From: Eledone cirrhosa
Taxonomy: Eukaryota
Direction of reading: 5' to 3'
DNA: 64,000 nt
NCBI GenBank assembly: GCA_964016885.1
Contig: OZ024743.1
Location: forward strand, 138,384,001 to 138,448,000
Made by a program: the position numbers and the translations under genes. The first letter of the stretch is position 1. Every line of letters begins with the position of its first letter. Below the pieces are notes generated by a model. It was not told the DNA's origin, searched no databases, and saw only the letters and a list, made by a program, of their open reading frames with translations. This document shows, piece after piece, positions 49,101 to 62,600 of this stretch.

Positions 49101-52100
49101 TGTTTGGTGATTGGTGCTTGGTGTTTGCTGTTTGGTGTTTGGTGTTTGGTGTTTGCTGTTTTGTGTTTGGTGCTTGGTGCTTGGTGCTTGGTGTTTGGTG
49201 CTTGGTGCTTGGTGTTTGATGCTTGGTGCTTGATGCTTGGTGTTTGTACTTGGTGCTTGGTGCTTGGTGTTTTGTGCTTGATTCTTGGTGTTTGGTGCTT
49301 GGTGCTTGGTGCTTAGTGCTTGGTGTTTGGTGTTTGGTGCTTGGTGTTTGGTGCTTGGTGCTTGGTGCTTGGTGCTTGGTGTTAGGTGTTTGGTGATTGG
49401 TGTTTGGTGTTTGGTGCTTCATGCTTGGTGCCTGGTGTTTGGTGCTTGGTGCTTGGTGTTTGGTGCTTGGTGCCTGGTGCATGGTGTTTGGTGCTTGATG
49501 CTTGGTGTTTGGTGTTTGGTGCTTGGTGTTTGGTGCTTGGTGCTTTGTGTTTGGTGTTAGGTGTTAGGTGTTTGGTGATTGGTGCTTGGTGTTTGGTGCT
49601 TGGTGCTTGATGTTTGGTGCTTGGTGCTTGGTGTTTGGTGCTTGGTGTTTGGTGCTTGGTACTTGGGGCTTGGTGTTTGGTGCTTGGAGCTTGGTGTTTG
49701 GTGCTTGGTGTTTGGTGTTTGGTGCTTGGTGTTTGGTGCTTGGTGCTTGGTGCTGGGTGGTTGGTGTTTGGTGCTTGGTGCTTGGTGTTTGGTGCTTGGT
49801 GCTTGGTGTTTGGTGCTTGGCGCTTGGTGCTTAGTCTTTGGTGCTTGGTGATTAGTGTTTGGTGCTTGGTGCTTGGGGTTTGGTGTTTGGTGCTTGGTGC
49901 TTGGTGTTTGGTGCTTGGTGCTTGGTGATTGGTGCTTGGTGTTTGGTTTTTGCTGTTTGGTGTTTGGTGTTTGCTGTTTGCTGTTTGCTGTTTGGTGTCT
50001 GCTTTTTGGTGTTTGGTGTTTGCTGTATCGTGTTTGCTGTTTCGTGTTTATTGTTTGCTGTTTGGTGTTTGGTGTTTGGTGTTTGGTGTTTCCTGTTTGG
50101 TGTTTAGTCTTTGGTGCTTGGTGTTTGGTGCTTGGTGCTTGGTGTTTGGTGTTTGGTGCTTGGTGCTTGGTGTTTGGTGCTTGGTGCTTGTTGTTTGGTG
50201 ATTGGTGCTTGGTGCTTGGTGTTTGGTGTTTGGTGCTTGGGGCTTGGTGTTTGGTGCTTGGTGCTTGGTGCTTGGTGCTTGGTGCTTGGTGTTTGGTGTT
50301 TGATGATTGGTGTTTGGTGTTTGGTGTTTGGTGCTTGGTGCTTGGTGTTTGGTGTTTGATGCTTCCTGCTTGATGCTTGGTGCTTGGTGCTTGGTGTTTG
50401 GTGCTTGGTGCTTGGTGTTTGGTGCTTGGTACTTGGTGTTTGGTTCTTGGTGTTTGCTGTTTGCTGTTTGGTGTTTGGTGTTTGCTGTTTGCTGTTTGGT
50501 GTCTGCTTTTTGGTGTTTGTTGTTTGCTCTATGGTGTTTGCTGTTTCATGTTTGGTGTTTGCTGTTTGGTGTTTGTTGTTTGGTGTTTGGTGCTTGGTGC
50601 TTGGTGCTTGGTGCTTGGTGTTTGGTGCTAGGTGCTTGGTGCTTGGTGCTTGGTGTTTGGTGTTTGGTGCTTGGTACTTGGGGCTTGGTGTTTGGTGCTT
50701 GGTGCTTCGTGCTTGGTGTTTGGTGCTTGGTGCTTGGTGTTTGGTGTTTGGTGCTTGGTGCCTGGTGCTTGTTGTTTGGTGATTGGTGCTTGGTGTTTGC
50801 TGTTTGGTGCTGCGTGCTTGGTGCTTGGTACTTGGTGTTTTGTGTTTGGTGTTTGGTGCTTGTTGCTTGGTGTTTGGTGTTTGATGCTTGGTGCTTGATG
50901 CTTGGTGCTTGGTGCTTGGTGTTTGGTGCTTGGTGCTTGGTGTTTGTACTTGGTGTTTGGTGCTTGGTGTTTGGAGCTTGGTGCTTGGTGTTTGGTGCTT
51001 GGTGCTTGGTGTTTGGTGTTTGGTGCTTGGTGTTTGGTGCTTGGTGCTTGGTGCTTGGTGTTAGGTGTTTGGTGCTTCATGCCTGGTGCTTGGTGTTTGG
51101 TGCTTGGTGCTTGGTGTTTGGTGCTCGGTGCCTGGTGCGTGGTGTTTGTTGCTTGGTGCCTGGTGTTTGGTGTTTGGTGCTTGGTGTTTGGTGCTTGGTG
51201 CTTGGTGTTAGGTGTTAGGTGTTTGGTGCTTGGTGCTTGGTGCTTGGTGTTTGGTGTTTGGTGTTTGGCGCTTGCTGCTTGCTGCTTGGTGTTTGGTGCT
51301 TGGTGATTGGTGCTTGGTGTTTGGTGCTTGGTGCTTGGTGTTTGGTGCTAGGTGCTTGGTGCTTGGTGCTTGGTGTTTGGTGTTTGGTGCTTGGTACTTG
51401 GGGCTTGGTGTTTGGTGCTTGGTGCTTCGTGTTTGGTGTTTGGTGCTTGGTGCTTGGCGTTTAGTGTTTGGTGCTTGGTGTTTGGTGCTTGGTGCTTGGT
51501 GCTTGGTGCTTGGTGTTTGGTGCTTGGTGCTTGGTGCTTGGTGTTTGGTGATTGGTGTTTGGTGTTTGGTGCTTGGTGCTTGGTGTTTGGTGCTTGGTGC
51601 TTGGTGATTAGTGTTTGGTGCTTGGTGCTTGGGGTTTGGTGTTTGGTGCTTGGTGCTTGGTGCTTGGTGCTTGGTTCTTGGTGTTTGGTGTTTGGTGCTT
51701 GGTGCTTGGTGTTTGGTGCTTGGTGCTTGGTGTTTGGTGCTTGGTGTTTGGTGCTTGGTGTTTGGTGCTTGGTGCTTGGTGCTTGGTGCATGGTGCTTGG
51801 TGTTTGGTGCTTGGTGTTTGGTGCTTGGTGTTAGGAGTTTGGTGCTTGGTGCTTGGTGTTTGGTGTTTGGTGCTTGGTATTTGGTGCTTGGTGCTTGGTG
51901 TTTGGTGTTTGGTGCTTGGTGTTTGGTGCTTGCTACGTGGTGCTTGGTGCTTGGTGTTAGGTGTTTAGTGCTTGGTGCGTGGTGTTTGGTTTTTGGTGCT
52001 TGGTGCTTGGTGTTTGGTGTATGGTGCTTGCTGCTGGCTGCTTGGTGTTTGGTGCTTGGTGATTGGTGCTTGGTGTTTGGTGCTTGGTGTTTGGTGTTTG

Positions 52101-53289
52101 GTGCTAGGTGCTTGGTGCTTGGTGTTTGGTGATGATTGGTGCTTGGTGTTTGGTGTTTGGTGCTTGGTGCTTGGTGTTTGGTGCTTGGTGCTGGGTGGTT
52201 GGTGTTTGGTGCTTGGTGTTTGGTGCTGGGTGCTTGGTGTTTGGTGCTTGGTGCTTGGTCTTTGGTGCTTGGTGTTTGGTGTTTGGTGCTTGGTGCTTGG
52301 TGCTTGGTGTTTGGTGCTTGGGGCTTGGTGTTTGGTGCTTGGTGCTTAGTGTTTGGTGCTAGGTGCTTGGGGTTTGGTGTTTGGTGCTTGGTGTTTGGTG
52401 CTTGGTGCTTGGTGCTTGGTGTTTGGTGTTTGGTGCTTGGTGCTTGGTATTTGGTGTTTGCTGTTTACTGTTTGGTGTTTGTTGTTTGGTGTTTGTTGTT
52501 TGGTGTTTGTTGTTTGGTGTTTGCTGTTTGGTGTTTGGTGTTTGTTGTTTGGTGTTTGCTGTTTGGTGTCTGCTTTTTGGTGTTTGGTGTTTGCTGTATG
52601 TTGTTTGCTGTTTGGTGTTTGGTGTTTGGTATTTGGTGTTTGGTGCTTGGTGCTTGGTGTTTGGTGATTGGTGCTTGGTGTTTGGTGCCTGGTGCTTGGT
52701 GCTTGGTGTTTGGTGTTTTGTGCTTGGTTCTTGGTGCTTGGAGTTTGGTGTTTGGTGCTAGTTGCTTGGTGTTTTGTGTTTGGTGTTTGGATTTTGGTGC
52801 TTGGTGCTTGGTGCTTGGTCCTTGGTGTTTGGTGCTGGGTGCTTTGTGTTTGGTGCTTGGTGCTTCGTGCTTGGTGTTTGGTGTTTGCTGCTTGGTGTTT
52901 GGTGCTTGGTGCTTGGTGCTTGGTGTTTTGTGTTTGGTGCTTGGTGCTTGGTGTTTGTACTTGGTGCTTGGTGCTTGGTGTTTGGTTCTTGGTTCTTGGT
53001 GTTTGGTACTTGGTGCTTGCTGCTTGGTGGTTGGTGTTTGGTGCTTGGTGTTTGGTGCTTGGTGCTTGGTGTTTGGTGCTTGGTGTTTGGTGTTTGGTGC
53101 TTGGTGCTTGGTGTTTGGTGTTTGGTGTTTGCTGTTTGCTGTTTGCTGTTTGGTGTCTGCTTTTTGGTGTTTGGTGTTTGCTGTATGGTGTTTGCTGTTT
53201 CGTGTTTGGTGTTTGCTGTTTGGTGTTTGGTCTTTGGTGCTTGGTGTTTGGTGCTTGGTGCTTGGTGTTTGGTGTTTGGTGCTTGGTGC

Positions 53290-53640
53290 TTGGTGTTTGG
53301 TGTTTGGTGCTTGGTGCTTGGTGCTTGGTATTTGGTGTTTGGTGCTTGGTGTCTGGTGCTTGGTGTTTGGTGCTTGGTGTTTGGTGTTTGGTGTTTGGTG
53401 CTTGGTGCTTGGTATTTGGTGCTTGGTGCTTGGTGTTTGGTGTTTGGTGCTTGGTGCTTGGTGTTTGGTGTTTGGTGCTTGGTGCTTGGTGCTTGGTATT
53501 TGGTGTTTGGTGCTTGGTGTCTGGTGCTTGGTGTTTGGTGCTTGGTGTTTGGTGTTTGGTGTTTGGTGCTTGGTGCTTGGTATTTGGTGTTTGGTGCTTG
53601 GTGTCTGGTGCTTGGTGTTTGGTGCTTGGTGTTTGGTGTT
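53290..53640 (+). repeat. 84-bp (12-monomer) sub-repeat, about four copies
   Basis: TTGGTAT marker A at 53330, 53414, 53498 and 53582. Three of the four are followed by GTGTCTGG. Confidence 0.75.
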
Positions 53641-56600
53641 TGGTGCTTGGTGCCTGGTGCTTGTTGTTTGGTGATTGGTGCTTGGTGTTTGCTGTTTGGT
53701 GTTTGGTGCTTGGTGTTTGCTGTTTGGTGTTTGGTGCTTTGTGCTTGGTGCTTGGTGTTTGGTGCTTGGTGCTTGGTGCCTGCTGCTTGTTGTTTGGTGA
53801 TTGGTGCTTGGTGTTTGCTGTTTGGTGTTTGGTGTTTGGTGTTTGCTGTTTGGTGTTTGGTGCTTGGTGTTTGATGCTTGGTGCTTGGTGCTTGGTGTTT
53901 GGTGTTTGGTGTTTGCTGTTTGGTGTTTGGTGCTTGGTGCTTGGTGCTTGGTGTTTGGTGCTTGGTGTTTGGTGCTTGGTGCTTGATGGTTGGTGTTTGT
54001 ACTTGGTGCTTGGTGCTTGGTGTTTTGTGCTTGATTCTTGGTGTTTGGTGCTAGGTGTTTGCTGCTTAGTGCTTGGTGTTTGGTGTTTGGTGCTTGGTGT
54101 TTGGTGCTTGGTGCTTGGTTCTTGGTGTTAGGTATTTCGTGCTTGGTGTTTGGTGTTTGGTGCTTCATGCTTGGTGCTTGGTGTTTGGTGCTTGGTGCTT
54201 GGTGTTTGGTGCTTGGTGCCTGGTGCATGGTGTTTGGTGCTTGATGCTTGGTGTTTGGTGTTTGGTGCTTGGTGTTTGGTGCTTGGTGCTTGGTGCTTGG
54301 TGTTAGGTGTTAGGTGTTTGATGCTTGGTGTTTGCTGTTTGGTGTTTGTTGTTTGCTGTTTGGTGTTTGGTCTTTGGTGCTTGGTCTTTGGTGCTTGGTG
54401 TTTGGTGCTTGGTGCTTGGTGTTTGGTGTTTGGTGCTTGGTGCCTGGTGCTTGTTGTTTGGTGATTGGTGCTTGGTGTTTGCTGTTTGGTGTTTGGTGTT
54501 TGGTGTTTGCTGTTTTGTGTTTGGTGCTTGGTGCTTGGTGCTTGGTGTTTGGTGCTTGGTGCTTGGTGTTTGGTGCTTGGTGCTTGATGCTTGGTGTTTG
54601 TACTTGGTGCTTGGTGCTTGGTGTTTTGTGCTTGATTCTTGGTGTTTGGTGCTTGGTGTTTGGTGCTTAGTGCTTGGTGTTTGGTGTTTGGTGCTTGGTG
54701 TTTGGTGCTTGGTGCTTGGTGCTTGGTGTTTGGTGCTTGATGCTTGGTGTTTGGTGCTTGGTGCCTGGTGCATGGTGTTTGGTGCTTGATGCTTGGTGTT
54801 TGGTGTTTGGTGCTTGGTGTTTGGTGCTTGGTGCTTGGTGCTTGGTGTTAGGTGTTAGGTGTTTGGTGATTGGTGCTTGGTGTTTGGTGCTTGGTGCTTG
54901 ATGTTTGGTGCTTGGTGCTTGGTGTTTGGTGCTTGGTGTTTGGTGCTTGGTACTTGGGGCTTGGTGTTTGGTGCTTGGTGCTTGGTGTTTGGTGCTTGGT
55001 GTTTGGTGTTTGGTGCTTGGTGTTTGGTGCTTGGTGCTTGGTGCTGGGTGGTTGGTGTTTGGTGCTTGGTGCTTGGTGTTTGGTGCTTGGTGCTTGGTGT
55101 TTGGTGCTTGGCGGTTGGTGCTTGGTCTTTGGTGCTTGGTGATTAGTGTTTGGTGCTTGGTGCTTGGGGTTTGGTGTTTGGTGCTTGGTGCTTGGTGTTT
55201 GGTGCTTGGTGTTTGGTGCTTGGTGTTTGGTTTTTGCTGTTTGGTGTTTGGTGTTTGCTGTTTGCTGTTTGCTGTTTGGTGTCTGCTTTTTGGTGTTTGG
55301 TGTTTGCTGTATCGTGTTTGCTGTTTCGTGTTTATTGTTTGCTGTTTGGTGCTTGGTGCTTGGTGTTTGGTGTTTGGTGCTTGGTGCTTGGTGTTTGGTG
55401 CTTGGTGCTTGTTGTTTGGTGATTGGTGCTTGGTGCTTGGTGTTTGGTGTTTGGTGCTTGGGGCTTGGTGTTTGGTGCTTGGTGCTTGGTGCTTGGTGCT
55501 TGGTGTTTGGTGTTTGATGATTGGTGTTTGGTGTTTGGTGTTTGGTGCTTGGTGCTTGGTGTTTGGTGTTTGATGCTTCCTGCTTGATGCTTGGTGCTTG
55601 GTGCTTGGTGTTTGGTGCTTGGTGCTTGGTGTTTGGTGCTTGGTACTTGGTGTTTGGTTCTTGGTGTTTGCCGTTTGCTGTTTGGTGTTTGGTGTTTGCT
55701 GTTTGCTGTTTGGTGTCTGCTTTTTGGTGTTTGTTGTTTGCTCTATGGCGTTTGCTGTTTCATGTTTGGTGTTTGCTGTTTGGTGTTTGTTGTTTGGTGC
55801 TGGGTGCTTGGTGTTTGGTGCTTGGTGCTTGGTCTTTGGTGCTTGGTGTTTGGTGTTTGGTGCTTGGTGCTTGGTGCTTGGTGTTTGGTGCTTGGTGCTT
55901 GGTGTTTGGTGCTTGGTGCTTAGTGTTTGGTGCTAGGTGCTTGGGGTTTGGTGTTTGGTGCTTGGTGCTTGGTGTTTGGTGCTTGGTGCTTGGTGCTTGG
56001 TCTTTGCTGTTTGGTGTTTAGTGCTTGGTGCTTGGTGCTTGGTGTTTGGTGCTTGGTGCTTGGTGCATTGTGATTAGTGTTTGGTGCTTGGTGCTTGGGG
56101 TTTGGTGTTTGGTGCTTGGTGCTTGGTATTTGGTGCTTGGTACTTGGTGTTTGGTGCTTGGTGTTTGCTGTTTGCTGTTTGCTGTTTTTGGTGTTTGCTG
56201 TTTGCTGTTTGGTGTCTGCTTTTTGGTGTTTGGTGTTTGCTCTATGGTGTTTGCTGTTTCATGTTTGGTGTTTGCTGTTTGGTGTTTGGTGTTTGCTGTT
56301 TGGTGTTTGGTCTTTGGTGCTTGGTCTTTGGTGCCTGGTGTTTGGTGCTTGGTGCTTGGTGTTTGGTGTTTGGTGCTTGGCGCCTGGTGCTTGTTGTTTG
56401 GTGATTGGTGCTTGGTGTTTGCTGTTTGGTGTTTGGTGTTTGGTGTTTGCTGTTTGGTGTTTGGTGCTTGGTGCTTGGTGCTTGGTGTTTGGTGCTTGGT
56501 GCTTGGTGTTTGGTGCTTGGTGCTTGGTGTTTGGTGCTTGGTGCCTGGTGCTTGTTGTTTGGTGATTGGTGCTTGGTGTTTGCTGTTTGGTGTTTGGTGT

Positions 56601-59600
56601 TTGGTGTTTGCTGTTCGGTGTTTGGTGCTGGGTGCTTGGTGTTTGGTGTTTGATGCTTGGTGTTTGATGCTTGGTGCTTGGTGCTTGGTGTTTGGTGTTT
56701 GGTGTTTGCTGTTTGGTGTTTGGTGCTTGGTGCTTGGTGCTTGGTGTTTGGTGCTTGGTGTTTGGTGCTTGGTGCTTGATGGTTGGTGTTTGTACTTGGT
56801 GCTTGGTGCTTGGTGTTTTGTGCTTGATTCTTGGTGTTTGGTGCTATGTGTTTGCTGTTTAGTGCTTGGTGTTTGGTGTTTGGTGCTTGGTGTTTGGTGC
56901 TTGGTGCTTGGTGTTAGGTATTTGGTGCTTGGTGTTTGGTGTTTGGTGCTTCATGCTTGGTGCTTGGTGTTTGGTGCTTGGTGCTTGGTGTTTGGTGCTT
57001 GGTGCCTGGTGCATGGTGTTTGGTGCTTGATGCTTGGTGTTTGGTGTTTGGTGCTTGGTGTTTGGTGCTTGGTGCTTGGTGCTTGGTGTTAGGTGTTAGG
57101 TGTTTGATGCTTGGTGTTTGCTGTTTGGTGTTTGTTGTTTGCTGTTTGGTGTTTGGTCTTTGGTGCTTGGTCTTTGGTGCTTGGTGTTTGGTGCTTGGTG
57201 CTTGGTGTTTGGTGTTTGGTGCTTGGTGCCTGGTGCTTGTTGTTTGGTGATTGGTGCTTGGTGTTTGCTGTTTGGTGTTTGGTGTTTGGTGTTTGCTGTT
57301 TTGTGCTTGATTCTTGGTGTTTGGTGCTTGGTGTTTGGTGCTTAGTGCTTGGTGTTTGGTGTTTGGTGCTTGGTGTTTGGTGCTTGGTGCTTGGTGCTTG
57401 GTGTTAGGTGTTTGGTGCTTGGTGTTTGGTGTTTGGTGCTTCATGCTTGGTGCTTGGTGTTTGGTGCTTGGTGCTTGGTGTTTGGTGCTTGGTGCCTGGT
57501 GCATGGTGTTTGGTGCTTGATGCTTGGTGTTTGGTGTTTGGTGCTTGGTGTTTGGTGCTTGGTGCTTTGTGTTTGGTGTTAGGTGTTAGGTGTTTGGTGA
57601 TTGGTGCTTGGTGTTTGGTGCTTGGTGCTTGATGTTTGGTGCTTGGTGCTTGGTGTTTGGTGCTTGGTGTTTGGTGCTTGGTACTTGGGGCTTGGTGTTT
57701 GGTGCTTGGTGCTTGGTGTTTGGTGCTTGGTGTTTGGTGTTTGGTGCTTGGTGTTTGGTGCTTGGTGCTTGGTGCTGGGTGGTTGGTGTTTGGTGCTTGG
57801 TGCTTGGTGTTTGGTGCTTGGTGCTTGGTGTTTGGTGCTTGGCACTTGGTGCTTGGTCTTTGGTGCTTGGTGATTAGTGTTTGGTGCTTGGTGCTTGGGG
57901 TTTGGTGTTTGGTGCTTGGTGCTTGGTGTTTGGTGCTTGGTGCTTGGTGTTTGGTGCTTGGTGTTTGGTTTTTGCTGTTTGGTGTCTGGTGTTTGCTGTT
58001 TGCTGTTTGCTGTTTGGTGTCTGCTTTTTGGTGTTTGGTGTTTGCTGTATCGTGTTTGCTGTTTCGTGTTTATTGTTTGCTGTTTGGTGTTTGGTGTTTG
58101 GTGTTTGGTGTTTCCTGTTTGGTGTTTAGTCTTTGGTGCTTGGTGTTTGGTGCTTGGTGCTTGGTGTTTGGTGTTTGGTGTTTGGTGCTTGGTGTTTGGT
58201 GCTTGGTGCTTGTTGTTTGGTGATTGGTGCTTGGTGCTTGGTGTTTGGTGTTTGGTGCTTGGGGCTTGGTGTTTGGTGCTTGGTGCTTGGTGCTTGGTGC
58301 TTGGTGCTTGGTGTTTGGTGTTTGATGATTGGTGTTTGGTGTTTGGTGTTTGGTGCTTGGTGCTTGGTGTTTGGTGTTTGATGCTTCCTGCTTGATGCTT
58401 GGTGCTTGGTGTTTGGTGCTTCGTGCTTGGTGTTTGGTGCTTGGTACTTGGTGTTTGGTTCTTGGTGTTTGCTGTTTGCTGTTTGGTGTTTGGTGTTTGC
58501 TGTTTGCTGTTTGGTGTCTGCTTTTTGGTGTTTGTTATTTGCTCTATGGTGTTTGCTGTTTCATGTTTGGTGTTTGCTGTTTGGTGTTTGTTGTTTGGTG
58601 TTTGGTGCTTGGTGTTTGGTGCTTGGTGCTTGGTGTTTGGTGCTAGGTGCTTGGTGCTTGGTGCTTGGTGTTTGGTGTTTGGTGCTTGGTACTTGGGGCT
58701 TGGTGTTTGGTGCTTGGTGCTTCGTGCTTGGTGTTTGGTGCTTGGTGCTTGGTGTTTGGTGTTTGGTGCTTGGTGCCTGGTGCTTGTTGTTTGGTGATTG
58801 ATGCTTGGTGTTTGCTGTTTGGTGCTGCGTGCTTGGTGCTTGGTGCTTGGTGCTTGGTGCTTGGTGTTTTGTGTTTGGTGTTTGATGCTTGGTGTTTGGT
58901 GTTTGGTGCTTGGTGCTTGGTGTTTGGTGTTTGATGCTTGGTGCTTGATGCTTGGTGCTTGGTGCTTGGTGTTTGGTGCTTGGTGCTTGGTGTTTGTACT
59001 TGGTGTTTGGTGCTTGGTGTTTGGAGCTTGGTGCTTGGTGTTTGGTGCTTGGTGCTTGGTGTTTGGTGTTTGGTGCTTGGTGTTTGGTGCTTGGTGCTTG
59101 GTGCTTGGTGTTAGGTGTTTGGTGCTTCATGCCTGGTGCTTGGTGTTTGGTGCTTGGTGCTTGGTGTTTGGTGCTTGGTGCCTGGTGCGTGGTGTTTGTT
59201 GCTTGGTGCTTGGTGTTTGGTGTTTGGTGCTTGGTGTTTGGTGCTTGGTGCTTGGTGTTAGGTGTTAGGTGTTTGGTGCTTGGTGCTTGGTGCTTGGTGT
59301 TTGGTGTTTGGTGTTTGGCGCTTGCTGCTTGCTGCTTGGTGTTTGGTGCTTGGTGATTGGTGCTTGGTGTTTGGTGCTTGGTGCTTGGTGTTTGGTGCTA
59401 GGTGCTTGGTGCTTGGTGCTTGGTGTTTGGTGTTTGGTGCTTGGTACTTGGGGCTTGGTGTTTGGTGCTTGGTGCTTCGTGTTTGGTGTTTGGTGCTTGG
59501 TGCTTGGTGTTTGGTGTTTGGTGCTTGGTGTTTGGTGCTTGGTGCTTGGTGCTTGGTGCTTGGTGTTTGGTGCTTGGTGCTTGGTGCTTTGTGTTTGGTG

Positions 59601-62600
59601 ATTGGTGTTTGGTGTTTGGTGCTTGGTGCTTGGTGTTTGGTGCTTGGTGCTTGGTGATTAGTGTTTGGTGCTTGGTGCTTGGGGTTTGGTGTTTGGTGCT
59701 TGGTGCTTGGTGCTTGGTGCTTGGTTCTTGGTGTTTGGTGGTCGGTGCTTGGTGCTTGGTGTTTGGTGCTTGGTGCTTGGTGTTTGGTGCTTGGTGTTTG
59801 GTGCTTGGTGTTTTGTGCTTGGTGCTTGGTGCTTGGTGCATGGTGCTTGGTGTTTGGTGCTTGGTGTTTGGTGCTTGGTGTTAGGAGTTTGGTGCTTGGT
59901 GCTTGGTGTTTGGTGTTTGGTGCTTGGTATTTGGTGCTTAGTGATTGGTGTTTGGTGTTTGGTGCTTGGTGTTTGGTGCTTGCTACGTGGTGCTTGGTGC
60001 TTGGTGTTAGGTGTTTGGTGCTTGGTGCGTGGTGTTTGGTTTTTGGTGCTTGGTGCTTGGTGTTTGGTGATTGGTGCTTGCTGCTGGCTGCTTGGTGTTT
60101 GGTGCTTGGTGAATGGTGCTTGGTGTTTGGTGCTTGGTGTTTTGTGTTTGGTGCTAGGTGCTTGGTGCTTGGTGTTTGGTGATGATTGGTGCTTGGTGTT
60201 TGGTGTTTGGTGCTTGGTGCTTGGTGTTTGGTGCTTGGTGCTGGGTGGTTGGTGTTTGGTGCTTGGTGTTTGGTGCTGGGTGCTTGGTGTTAGTGATTGG
60301 TGCTTGGTCTTTGGTGCTTGGTGTTTGTTGTTTGGTGCTTGGTGCTTGGTGCTTGGTGTTTGGTGCTTGGTGCTTGGTGTTTGGTGCTTGGTGCTTAGTG
60401 TTTGGTGCTAGGTGCTTGGGGTTTGGTGTTTAGTGCTTGGTGCTTGGTGTTTGGTGCTTGGTGCTTGGTGCTTGGTCTTTGGTGTTTGGTGTTTAGTGCT
60501 TGGTGCTTGGTGCTTGGTGTTTGGTGCTTGGTGCTTGGTGCATTGTGATTAGTGTTTGGTGCTTGGTGCTTGGGGTTGGTGTTTGGTGCTTGGTGCTTGG
60601 TGTTTGGTGATTGGTACTTGGTGTTTGGTGCTTGGTGTTTGCTGTTTGCTGTTTGGTGTTTTTGGTGTTTGCTGTTTGCTGTTTGGTGTCTGCTTTTTGG
60701 TGTTTGGTGTTTGCTCTATGGTGTTTGCTGTTTCATGTTTGGTGTTTGCTGTTTGGTGTTTGGTGTTTGCTGTTTGGTGTTTGGTCTTTGGTGCTTGGTC
60801 TTTGGTGCTTGGTGTTTGGTGCTTGGTGCTTGGTGTTTGGTGTTTGGTGCTTGGTGACTGGTGCTTGTTGTTTGGTGATTGGTGCTTGGTGTTTGCTGTT
60901 GGGTGTTTGGTGTTTGGTGTTTGCTGTTAGGTGTTTGGTGCTTGGTGCTTGGTGCTTGGTGTTTGGTGCTTGGTGCTTGGTGTTTGGTGCTTGGTGCTTG
61001 GTGTTTGGTGCTTGGTGCCTGGTGCTTGTTGTTTGGTGATTGGTGCTTGGTGTTTGCTGTTTGGTGTTTGGTGTTTGGTGTTTGCTGTTTGGTGTTTGGT
61101 GCTGGGTGCTTGGTGTTTGGTGTTTGATGCTTGGTGTTTGATGCTTGGTGCTTGGTGCTTGGTGTTTGCTGTTTGGTGTTTGCTGTTTGGTGTTTGGTGC
61201 TTGGTGCTTGGTGCTTGGTGTTTGGTGCTTGGTGCTTGGTGTTTGGTGCTTGGTGCTTGATGGTTGGTGTTTATACTTGGTGCTTGGTGCTTGGTGTTTT
61301 GTGCTTGATTCTTGGTGTTTGGTGCTTGGTGTTTGCTGCTTGGTGCTTGGTGTTAAGTGTTTCGTGCTTGGTGTTTGATGTTTGGTGCTTCATGCTTGGT
61401 GCTTGGTGTTTGGTGCTTGGTGCCTGGTGCATGGTGTTTGGTGCTTGATGCTTGGTGTTTGGTTTTGGTGTTTGTTGTTTGGTGTTTGGTGCTTGGTGTT
61501 TGGTGCTTGGTGCTTGGTGTTTGGTGCTAGGTGCTTGGTGCTTGGTGCTTGGTGTTTGGTGTTTGGTGCTTGGTACTTGGGGCTTGGTGTTTGGTGCTTG
61601 GTGCTTCGTGCTTGGTGTTTCCTGTTTGGTGTTTAGTCTTTGGTGTTTGGTGTTTGGTGCTTGGTGCTTGGTGTTTGGTGTTTGGTGCTTGGGGCTTGGT
61701 GTTTGGTGCTGCGTGCTTGGTGCTTGGTGCTTGGTGCTTGGTGCTTGGTGTTTGGTGTTTGATGATTGGTGTTTGGTGTTTGGTGTTTGGTGCTTGGTGC
61801 TTGGTGTTTGGTGTTTGATGCTTGCTGCTTGATGCTTGGTGCTTGGTGCTTGGTGTTTGGTGCTTGGTGCTTGGTGTTTGGTGCTTGGTACTTGGTGTTT
61901 GGTGCTTGGTGTTTGCTGTTTGCTGTTTGGTGTTTGGTGTTTGCTGTATCGTGTTTGCTGTTTCGTGTTTATTGTTTGCTGTTTGGTGTTTGGTGTTTGG
62001 TGTTTGGTGTTTCCTGTTTGGTGTTTAGTCTTTGGTGCTTGGTGTTTGGTGCTTGGTGCTTGGTGTTTGGTGTTTGGTGCTTGGTGCTTGGTGTTTGGTG
62101 CTTGGTGCTTGTTGTTTGGTGATTGGTGCTTGGTGCTTGGTGTTTGGTGTTTGGTGCTTGGTGCTTGATGCTTGGTGCTTGGTGCTTGGTGTTTGGTGCT
62201 TGGTGCTTGGTGTTTGTACTTGGTGTTTGGTGCTTGGTGTTTGGAGCTTGGTGCCTGGTGCGTGGTGTTTGTTGCTTGGTGCTTGGTGTTTGGTGTTTGG
62301 TGCTTGGTGTTTGGTGCTTGGTGCTTGGTGTTAGGTGTTAGGTGTTTGGTGCTTGGTGCTTGGTGCTTGGTGTTTGGTGTTTGGTGTTTGGCGCTTGCTG
62401 CTTGCTGCTTGGTGTTTGGTGCTTGGTGATTGGTGCTTGGTGTTTGGTGCTTGGTGCTTGGTGTTTGGTGCTAGGTGCTTGGTGCTTGTTGCTTGGTGTT
62501 TGGTGTTTGGTGCTTGGTACTTGGGGCTTGGTGTTTGGTGCTTGGTGCTTCGTGTTTGGTGTTTGGTGCTTGGTGCTTGGTGTTTGGTGTTTGGTGCTTG

